Source: Polyangiaceae bacterium (GTDB lineage: Bacteria > Myxococcota_A > Polyangia > Polyangiales > Polyangiaceae). Taken from it: DNA of 64,000 bases. Positions within the stretch are counted from its first letter, which is position 1. Every line of letters begins with the position of its first letter. Under the pieces are notes generated by a model that was not told the DNA's origin, did not search any database, and saw only the letters and a list, made by a program, of their open reading frames with translations. The stretch lies in the NCBI GenBank assembly GCA_044376115.1, contig JBILLK010000001.1, positions 96,001-160,000 of the forward strand. The letters are read 5' to 3'. The translations under genes and the position numbers were made by a program. Positions 56,765-64,000 of this stretch are shown here, one piece after another.

Positions 56765-58788
56765 TGTTTCCACGTCAGCTGTTTCGCTTAACGCTCATAC
56801 TGCTCATCGCAAGCATTTTGCCTGTCCACTCCGCGTTTGGCGCGTCCCTTTCAGCCAATGCACAGTTTGTCGTCGGAGGCGGCTCCGGTGACTACCTGAG
56901 AGGGATGAATGAAGTTGTCGCTTGGATTTACAATCCTACTGCGCAACGACGTGAAGGCTTGGTTAAAGCCGAATCCCGACTTGGTGATCAGTCAACCTCT
57001 GCTTCAGGCAACTTCGAGGTTGCGGCCAACTCAAGCATCTTGGTGCGGTTGCCTTTCTTCGCACTCGAGCAGACTGTTATACGAGTATCGGCGGGTGAGG
57101 AGCAGCTCCTCCTCGCCGAGTATCACGCCTCCCCGGAACAAGCTGTTCGAGTTGTCGATGCGCACGTGGTGCCCCGACTGAGGGCCGTACTCGAGAATCT
57201 ACCTATGAACATGAGCGTGGCATTGCCTGGCCCCTACGGCCCCGGCAGTGCGGCTCCCCCCTCCGGTGGGTTGAAACTCCGCGTAGTGCCAGCCGTCGCC
57301 AAGGACGGCACTACGCTTCTGCCGAGTCGTGTCCCAACATGGCACGGTATTCAGACAGTGTTCATGTCGACTGAGCTCCTAGTCGGTCTTGAGTCGATGG
57401 AGCTTACTGCCTTGACCGGCTTCGTCCTTGCGGGCGGGACACTTGCACTGTCTGTTTCGCGGCCCGAGGATCTCAAGCACCCAACGTTGGTGAAACTCGT
57501 GGGCGGACAGGTGAACGAGAGTGCTGTCGCGCCAGTTCAACTGAGCGCGTTTCCAAAGCCGTTTGCCATGACCCCCGAGTTCAACAAGTATGTTGGCGTA
57601 GTCAATCCACGGGACGAGGTTCAGCTACACGGATATACGGGCGGCAACCTCCAAGCAGATGTTTATGGATCCACTGCAGCCTACGGCCTTGGTCAGGTTG
57701 CGCTCCTTTCCTTCAATTTGGATAACCCTCAACATGTCGACGACCCATGGGTTGGAATTCGACTATTAGAACTCACCCGCCAATCCTTCGAGCGGAAAGC
57801 TGTGAGTGCGTCGGGGGTCGGTGCAACTCAGCAGTTCAGCAAATCTGGCTCACATTCGCAGGTCCGTGAGGTGCTTCACAAGGACCGTTCACTCCGCTGG
57901 GGGATCGTTGTGATCTCCCTACTACTATGCGCTTACTCCGCTTTGATTGGCCCAGTGCTCTATGGTTTGGGCAAGAAGCGCAATGACCTTCTACTGCCTA
58001 TTCGTTGGATGCCGGTCGCGTCTTTGGCTGCCTTCTTCTTGGTTGTCATTTTTGGCACAATATCCAAAGGATTGTGGGGAGAGTCTCGAAGAGTCAGCTT
58101 CGTCGAGTTGGGGTCCGGTATGAGCGTCGGAGTTGGAAACATCTATCGCGGCTTCTATACCCCGTCGGGGCAACGGGTGGACGTTGGTCAGACTAACGCG
58201 AGCACCTCTCTCAATGCGCTGTACTCACTGGAGCTAGGACCTCACTACTCAGTCGAAGGGCAGGCGGTTAAGATCGGCGGCTTCGAGTCGGTGCCTTCGC
58301 AGACCGTGGTGGTTCGCGAGGACGGGATTATCAACGTTGGCGGGAACATCTCGATGCGGCCAGAGGCGTCCGGGAGCATCACGCTGACGAACAACACCCC
58401 AAAAACGCTCGAGCATATCGTATTAAAAACGCACACTGAGCAAGTGGTGTATGCGCGAAGATTGGCGCCGGGGCAGGCGTTGAGCAGCCTGGAGATGACT
58501 AGCGACAATCCCGACTTCAGACACTGGACGGCTACGCCACTAAGCGGTCGAATGCGCCCCTTCGAGGATTTCGCTTTCAAGAGCGCCTTCCAAGACGATG
58601 ACACCATCGGCGACCTTTGGGACGCGATGGATGGCGCTAATGTTGAGAGTGCCAATTGGTTTCCGCAAGGTGTGCCAGTTGCTTTGGCAGTCATCGCTGA
58701 GAGCGACGGCCCAGACAGTGACTCCGGCTTCAAGCTGAAGTCCTCGGTCACACTGCTTCGCGTGGTCGGTTTCGGGGAGGGGTCGTGA
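56761..58788 (+). CDS. Large membrane protein with extracytoplasmic domains (MoxR/ABC cluster)
   Basis: Signal peptide; GATase-like FV.AGG.L; YGLGQV; two central TMs (Y..LIGP). Confidence 0.75.
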   Translation: MMFPRQLFRLTLILLIASILPVHSAFGASLSANAQFVVGGGSGDYLRGMNEVVAWIYNPTAQRREGLVKAESRLGDQSTSASGNFEVAANSSILVRLPFFALEQTVIRVSAGEEQLLLAEYHASPEQAVRVVDAHVVPRLRAVLENLPMNMSVALPGPYGPGSAAPPSGGLKLRVVPAVAKDGTTLLPSRVPTWHGIQTVFMSTELLVGLESMELTALTGFVLAGGTLALSVSRPEDLKHPTLVKLVGGQVNESAVAPVQLSAFPKPFAMTPEFNKYVGVVNPRDEVQLHGYTGGNLQADVYGSTAAYGLGQVALLSFNLDNPQHVDDPWVGIRLLELTRQSFERKAVSASGVGATQQFSKSGSHSQVREVLHKDRSLRWGIVVISLLLCAYSALIGPVLYGLGKKRNDLLLPIRWMPVASLAAFFLVVIFGTISKGLWGESRRVSFVELGSGMSVGVGNIYRGFYTPSGQRVDVGQTNASTSLNALYSLELGPHYSVEGQAVKIGGFESVPSQTVVVREDGIINVGGNISMRPEASGSITLTNNTPKTLEHIVLKTHTEQVVYARRLAPGQALSSLEMTSDNPDFRHWTATPLSGRMRPFEDFAFKSAFQDDDTIGDLWDAMDGANVESANWFPQGVPVALAVIAESDGPDSDSGFKLKSSVTLLRVVGFGEGS

Positions 58789-59816
58789 ACCTTAGCAAGA
58801 CCGTGGAAAAGCAGGCCGACTACGCCATTCGCGTTCGGCATTTGTGGCATAGGTTTGGCCCCTACGACGTTGTCCGCGATGTCAGCTTTGACGTTGGCTA
58901 CGGTGAGGTGTTTGGCTTCATCGGGCCGAACGGCGCGGGCAAGACCACCACCATTCGAGCGATGACCACGCTGCTCGAACCGAGTGCGGGCCGCATCGAG
59001 ATCGATGGGATCGACGTTTCCGTCGAGCCCGAGCGGGTACGCCGAACCATCGGCTACATGCCAGATCACGCGGGAGTGTACGAACGAGTTTCAGTTCGCG
59101 AGTACTTGGAGTTCTTCGCTGACGCCTATTCGGTGGATTCTCGTTCAGTTGTCAACGCCGTCCTGGAGCTGACTGATCTCGGCTCGCTCGCCGACCGGCT
59201 CGTTGTCGCCATGTCCAAAGGCCAAAAGCAGCGGCTTCAGCTCGCTAGAGTGCTACTGCATGATCCCAAGGTACTCATCCTTGATGAACCCGCGAGCGAC
59301 CTCGATCCGAGGGCTCGTATTGAGATGCGTAACTTGCTCTCAGAGCTGCGCGGGATGGGCAAGACGATCCTACTCTCGAGTCACATCCTCACCGAGTTGG
59401 CTGATGTTTGTACCTCGGTTGGCATTCTTGAACGTGGCCGCTTGGTGGTCGCAGGGCCGATCAGCGAGATTGGTGCACGGCTGGAGGCCCAGCGTTCAGG
59501 CGTCGCGTTTCGGGCGCCGGTCCAAGGGGAGCCGCACCAAAGTGGTCCAGCCGCGCACGGCTCTTTGCGCCGCGTGAAGTTCAAGGTGATTGGCCCCCCA
59601 GAAGCGGCTAGGGCGACACTGCAAGGAGCCCCGTTCATCGTTGGGATGGAGATTCTCGCTGGCCAACTCATCGTGTCGATGAGCGGCCCGGAATGGCATA
59701 TCGCGGAGATGGTGGGGCACCTCGTTCGCAACAACATTGGGATCGTTGGGGTCGAACAGGACAAGAATGAACTCGAGCGCATCTTCCTCGAGGTAACGCG
59801 GGGGGAAATGCAATGA
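58785..59816 (+). CDS. ABC-2 type transporter ATPase
   Basis: GPNGAGKTT, MSKGQKQR, LDEPASDLDP, SSHIL, LE..FL. Confidence 0.93.
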   Translation: MNLSKTVEKQADYAIRVRHLWHRFGPYDVVRDVSFDVGYGEVFGFIGPNGAGKTTTIRAMTTLLEPSAGRIEIDGIDVSVEPERVRRTIGYMPDHAGVYERVSVREYLEFFADAYSVDSRSVVNAVLELTDLGSLADRLVVAMSKGQKQRLQLARVLLHDPKVLILDEPASDLDPRARIEMRNLLSELRGMGKTILLSSHILTELADVCTSVGILERGRLVVAGPISEIGARLEAQRSGVAFRAPVQGEPHQSGPAAHGSLRRVKFKVIGPPEAARATLQGAPFIVGMEILAGQLIVSMSGPEWHIAEMVGHLVRNNIGIVGVEQDKNELERIFLEVTRGEMQ

Positions 59817-61474
59817 GCTTGCTAGAACGAACGCTCGCCACGATGCAGGGTTGGCGGACTTCTCCCAACCCAATCTTGATGCGTGAGCTTCGGCAAGACG
59901 CTCGGCTCGTAAGGACGCCCTGGCTAGTCATGGGCAGCACCATGCTGCTAGCGCTGATGATCGCCAGTATGGGCTCGCAACGGTCTGGGGCGCCTCCCGA
60001 AGAGATTGGGATGATGGTCTTTCAGACCTTCTTCGTATTGGCCTACTTTGCGTTGGCCATCGTCGGGCCTGCCATTTCCGCGAACTCGATAGCGGCGGAG
60101 CGCGAGGGTCGCACCTGGGAGGCGATGCTCCTTACGGGCATGACGGCGCGACAGATTACCCGAGGAAAATTCTTGTCGGCTGCTACCTCTGTCGGCGTTT
60201 ACGTAGTAGCAGCTGCGCCGGTTAGTGCACTGGCCTTTCTGTTCGGGGGGGTCCACTGGTCGGAGGTACTAATTGCCTTCTTCTATCTATTTTGCGCCGC
60301 CATGCTGTCGGTTAGCTTTGGTCTCGCGGTCAGCTCGCGAATGACCCAATCGCGCGGCGCAATTGTGCTAACTCTTGTTTGCGCTTTTCCGCTATCGGGG
60401 ATTGCGTTCGCTGTATTTGGGCCAGCGATCGGTCAAGGAGTTCATGAGCTTTGGCCACAAGTACCAAGCTCCGCACCATTCTGGCTCCCGCTGGCCTACG
60501 TTCGCGGTGAGTTTGGACTCACCTACCTGCTCGTGCTGGTGCTTGCCCCGCTGATTACGTTCGGCGCGCCATTGTGGGGGTTCTATGAAGCGACCTTGGC
60601 GAACCTTACCGAGCCGACGGACGACCGGTCTACTGGATTGAAGGTTTGGTTTACAGGTTTATGCGTGGCTGGAGCAGTCGCAGGCATTGGACTTCTCGGC
60701 ACCACTGCAGGAGCGTCAGCCACTACCTCCCAAAGCGCGATCCTCCCAATGTTGGCGACTGGGTTTCTAGCCATCTTTGGGGTGTTGGTACTTTTGGCAG
60801 ACCCACTGGGAGCCTCGATGCGTGTGCAGAGGCGGTGGGAGCTCTCGAACGCAGGGCGCCTGCATCGCTGGTTTGGGCCCGGACTCGTTCGAACCATGAA
60901 GCTCGTTCTGTTTGCTTCCTTGGGTCTACTGGGGGTGCTGCTCGCTGCTTCCTATGTCTTGGGAGCAGTTTTGACTATCCCGGTAGGAGACGACGCGCTC
61001 GTCGTCGGTTGCTACTGCGCTGGCTTCATAACGTTCATTGTTGGCCTGGCGGTAGCGCTTCGCTCGCGGTCCAACAATGCGACGAGCGTGAGGCTCATCA
61101 TCGGCATCATCTTCATCGCAATCTGCGCGATCCCCCCAATTGCCGCTTTTCTCGTATCGGTAGTCTTTTTTCGAGGGTCCGACGAGGGCTGGGTGGTCGC
61201 GGCGCCGTCTCCCTTCTACATGGCCGCCTTCGCTCGGGGAGGCAGTTCGGCAATCGAGGTCGCTGGCTGGGCGGCAACGTTTTCTTGGGCCGCTATTGGG
61301 CTTTTTCTCTTCCGAGTCGGTCAGAACCGAATCGAGGCGGTGATTGCAGACTTCGAATCGCGCCTCAAGGCTACTGATAGGATGTTCAAGGAGGAGGACG
61401 CACTTGCGCTAGCAGCTGAGGAGCCGCCCACGGAGGAGGCCAGGGGCTTGGAAAGCGGTTCGGAACCGGGATAA
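59813..61474 (+). CDS. ABC-2 type permease
   Basis: NPIL.RELR, SIAAERE..TWE.MLLT, GK; many TMs. Confidence 0.87.
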   Translation: MSLLERTLATMQGWRTSPNPILMRELRQDARLVRTPWLVMGSTMLLALMIASMGSQRSGAPPEEIGMMVFQTFFVLAYFALAIVGPAISANSIAAEREGRTWEAMLLTGMTARQITRGKFLSAATSVGVYVVAAAPVSALAFLFGGVHWSEVLIAFFYLFCAAMLSVSFGLAVSSRMTQSRGAIVLTLVCAFPLSGIAFAVFGPAIGQGVHELWPQVPSSAPFWLPLAYVRGEFGLTYLLVLVLAPLITFGAPLWGFYEATLANLTEPTDDRSTGLKVWFTGLCVAGAVAGIGLLGTTAGASATTSQSAILPMLATGFLAIFGVLVLLADPLGASMRVQRRWELSNAGRLHRWFGPGLVRTMKLVLFASLGLLGVLLAASYVLGAVLTIPVGDDALVVGCYCAGFITFIVGLAVALRSRSNNATSVRLIIGIIFIAICAIPPIAAFLVSVVFFRGSDEGWVVAAPSPFYMAAFARGGSSAIEVAGWAATFSWAAIGLFLFRVGQNRIEAVIADFESRLKATDRMFKEEDALALAAEEPPTEEARGLESGSEPG

Positions 61475-61516
61475 GCCCAAGACCTTCGGGTGGCTGCGTG
61501 CTAAACCGCGTCGACA

Positions 61517-62440
61517 GTGGGCTCACTCCGTCGGCTTCGACTCGCCATCTCCGCCGCACTGGCGCTTGCAATCGTTACTGGCAGCGGTTCGGGCTCAACA
61601 GCAGAAGAGCGATCAGCGCGGAGCTCCCTGCAAAAGGCCTCCAGAGACAAGAAGAAGGCCGCTCGGGTCGAGGCTGACCTAAGCGTACTTTCGCGATTCT
61701 CTACCAAGTTCAAACCCGGTGAAGCGCGCGTTAAGAACATCAAGCGCATCGCTGAGTTGATCAATGGGACCGTAGTACCTGCGGGAGAGTCCTTTAGCCT
61801 CAACCGAACCGTCGGTGCGCGGACCGAGGAACGTGGCTTCGTTCCGGCCCCAAGTATTCTCGATCTGGAGTACGTCGAAACGGTGGGGGGGGGCGTCAGC
61901 CAGTTTGCGACAACGCTTTATAACGCCCTCTACAACGCTGGCTTCCCAATCCTCGAGCACAAGCCGCACAGCCACTACATCAGCCGTTATCCGCCTGGTG
62001 TTGAAGCAACACTTTCATGGCCTGGACCGGACCTTGTCTTCAAGAACGACTCCGAGTCGCCGGTTGTCATCAAAGCGACGGTGTCAAAGGATCGAGTTTC
62101 GGTGAAGTTGCTTGGTCATACGCCCGGGCGGAAGGTAGATCGCAAAGCGCCTGTTGAACTCGAGCGTAAGTCTGCGCCCGTCGAGCTAGTCGGAGACGCG
62201 ACGATCTCCCCGTCAAAGCAGAAAATAGAGCGGCCAGGGTCACCCAGGCGGACCGTGCGGGTTGAGCGCACAATCCAGAATCCTGGTAAGCCCAAGAAGG
62301 TGGATCAGGAGGTCGTCGTCTATCTGTCCTCAAAAAAGGTGGTGCGGGTGCATCCCTGTAAACTGCCAATTGGACACAAGGACAGGTCCCAAGAACCATG
62401 TCCCACGAAGGGCAAGCGCAAGAGCGCCAAGAAGGCCTGA
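61517..62440 (+). CDS. VanW family protein
   Basis: R..NI...A..ING.VV..GE.FS.N..VG, GGG.SQ.ATTLYNA, H..Y..RYP.G.EA, DL.FKN. Confidence 0.9.
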   Translation: MGSLRRLRLAISAALALAIVTGSGSGSTAEERSARSSLQKASRDKKKAARVEADLSVLSRFSTKFKPGEARVKNIKRIAELINGTVVPAGESFSLNRTVGARTEERGFVPAPSILDLEYVETVGGGVSQFATTLYNALYNAGFPILEHKPHSHYISRYPPGVEATLSWPGPDLVFKNDSESPVVIKATVSKDRVSVKLLGHTPGRKVDRKAPVELERKSAPVELVGDATISPSKQKIERPGSPRRTVRVERTIQNPGKPKKVDQEVVVYLSSKKVVRVHPCKLPIGHKDRSQEPCPTKGKRKSAKKA

Positions 62441-62562
62441 CACGCGCGAAGTAGCGTTCGCACCAACGCATAGTGGGGGACGATAAACAGCCTGCTTGGG
62501 GTGTCGAAAATCGGACAGACTACTTGCCTCAGCTTTGCTTTCAGTGCAGATGAGCGAAGCCC

Positions 62563-63576
62563 ATGGAGTCAGCAGCAACCGAACAGGCCCCGAGTAGCGC
62601 CGCTGCCCGCCGAGACGGCCGCGAACTCATTGAAGCTACCAAACCATTCGTCGAGGAGAACGTCGGCGAGAGCTGGCGGCACCTGATCGTCGCCATTGTG
62701 CTGATCGCGAGTGCCACCACGGCTTCAGCTTTGATTCCGTTTTGGCCAGCCCGGCTTTGCAGCGCAGTTCTCTCGGGGCTGCTGATCGTGCGTCTGTTCA
62801 TCATCTACCACGACTTTTTCCATGGTGCGCTGCTGCGTAACTCCAAAGCAGCCAAGGTGGTGCTCAGCATTTACGGAATGCTGGTGCTTGCTCCGCCGCG
62901 GGTCTGGAAAGAAACGCACAACTACCATCATGCACACACCGCCCAAATCATCGGGTCGCACATCGGCTCATTCCCGGTCGTGACCACCGAGATGTGGAAG
63001 AAGATGAGTGCGCGCGACCGGCTCAAGTACAAAGTGGTTCGGCACCCGCTTACCATTCTGCTGGGATACGTGCCGATCTTCATGATTGGTATGTGCGTAA
63101 ACTCGCTGCGCAAATCGTTTACTAAGTATTGGGACTCGGCAGCTGCGCTCGCCCTCAACTGGGCGCTAACCGCAACGCTGATTTGGCAGTTTGGAATCGC
63201 AACGACGTTTTTTACGTACCTGCTGCCCCTCATGGTGGCCACGGCGATGGGCGGCTATCTCTTCTACGCCCAGCACAACTTCCCATCGATGATGCTTCGT
63301 CCGCGACAGAATTGGACGTTCGCTGGTGCCGCACTCGAGTCCTCTAGCTACATGCCCATGGGCTCGTTCATGCAATGGATGACGGGCAACATTGGTTTTC
63401 ACCACGTTCATCACCTTAACTCGCAGATACCGTTCTACCGGCTTCCCGAGACGATGGCGTCGATTGACGAGCTGCAGGCCCCCGGACAGACTTCACTCGC
63501 GCCCAAGGACATTGCGCGCTGTCTCCAATTGAAGCTGTGGGACGCAGAGCGAAAAGAGATGGTTGGCTACCCGTAG
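62563..63576 (+). CDS. Membrane fatty acid desaturase
   Basis: HDFFH, HNYHH, QH, HHVHH; IPFYRL. Confidence 0.93.
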   Translation: MESAATEQAPSSAAARRDGRELIEATKPFVEENVGESWRHLIVAIVLIASATTASALIPFWPARLCSAVLSGLLIVRLFIIYHDFFHGALLRNSKAAKVVLSIYGMLVLAPPRVWKETHNYHHAHTAQIIGSHIGSFPVVTTEMWKKMSARDRLKYKVVRHPLTILLGYVPIFMIGMCVNSLRKSFTKYWDSAAALALNWALTATLIWQFGIATTFFTYLLPLMVATAMGGYLFYAQHNFPSMMLRPRQNWTFAGAALESSSYMPMGSFMQWMTGNIGFHHVHHLNSQIPFYRLPETMASIDELQAPGQTSLAPKDIARCLQLKLWDAERKEMVGYP

Positions 63577-63623
63577 TTCCAGGGCCGACAGCCTCCAGTT
63601 ACTGAGTCATTCCGTTTGCTCTA

Positions 63624-63686
63624 TCCACCTTCGATGGAAGGGACTCAGGCCAAGTCGATGGTCCAACAGCATCCACCTTCGGTGGA
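63624..63686. repeat. Two direct copies of a 15 bp palindrome TCCACC-TTC-G(A/G)TGGA
   Basis: Copies at 63624-63638 and 63672-63686. Confidence 0.7.
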
Positions 63687-63699
63687 ATGAGCGTGTGGG

Positions 63700-63719
63700 C
63701 CATTGACACGTCTCAATGG
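63700..63719. promoter_or_regulatory. Palindromic operator (TTGA-N6-TCAA) overlapping a TTGACA
   Basis: CCATTGACACGTCTCAATGG, 18 of 20 positions self-complementary. Confidence 0.55.
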
Positions 63720-63853
63720 TAAGTGGAACATCCGACTCCTGTATGCCCGTTCATTACGGGGACTGCGCAAGCAGTCGATGCGCCATGATCCGACGTGGCG
63801 ACCAAAGCCGCCCTACCTGACACTCGGGCGCGGCGATAGCCAGGAGAACAACT

Positions 63854-64000
63854 GTGACCACACCGCGCGATGAGATCAGAAGTCTTGTAGGGAAGTTTAC
63901 TTCAGACCTCGAGGGCCTCGTTCGAACGGCGGCTCTGGCGGCAGTGCAAAATGCGCTGGGCTCCGCTGCTTCCAAGGCCGTCCTCGACAAGCAGTCGCGC
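63854..64000 (+). CDS. 5' part of a small protein, possibly DNA-binding (runs off window; not in ORF track)
   Basis: AGGAG RBS, then GTG; open frame MTTPRDEIRSLVGKFTSDLEGLVRTAALAAVQNALG... Confidence 0.6.
   Translation, partial: MTTPRDEIRSLVGKFTSDLEGLVRTAALAAVQNALGSAASKAVLDKQSR

Noticed and set aside
61517..62440. Vancomycin resistance locus
   Set aside because: VanW alone, with no vanH/A/X/R/S; the family is widespread.

Overview
GC-rich, gene-dense chromosomal window with about 57 CDS. I found no rRNA, tRNA, CRISPR array, transposase or integrase. The gene content suggests a myxobacterium, probably Polyangiales-like (inference): two membrane Ser/Thr kinases, a PEGA/TPR protein, Gly-rich and Cys-rich lipoproteins and an orphan gspC. 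Recognisable modules are an MMPL/RND + TPR lipoprotein + PhnD-like binding protein trio resembling the BstABC sterol transport system; GT21 + GtrA; a sterol desaturase; yitJ; fabH; an ugp-type ABC importer; a TetR-TolC-ABC-MFP exporter; MerR-folE-SDR; DUF1549/1553 + DUF1501; MBOAT + SGNH; MoxR-ABC; VanW; and a fatty acid desaturase. The most unusual part is the first 12 kb, which holds four apparently catalytically dead enzyme homologs: a lipoprotein-PDZ-NuoH fusion without the quinone-site loop, a trypsin-like domain without His/Ser (one of two coupled CesT/YbjN-domain genes), a shrunken PPDK with the phospho-His replaced by Glu, and a dead class III cyclase fused to TPR-like helices, the last two flanking pspA. 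Many genes have a -10-like hexamer 5-7 nt before the start codon, suggesting widespread leaderless transcripts. All family assignments come from motif recognition by eye; no searches were run.
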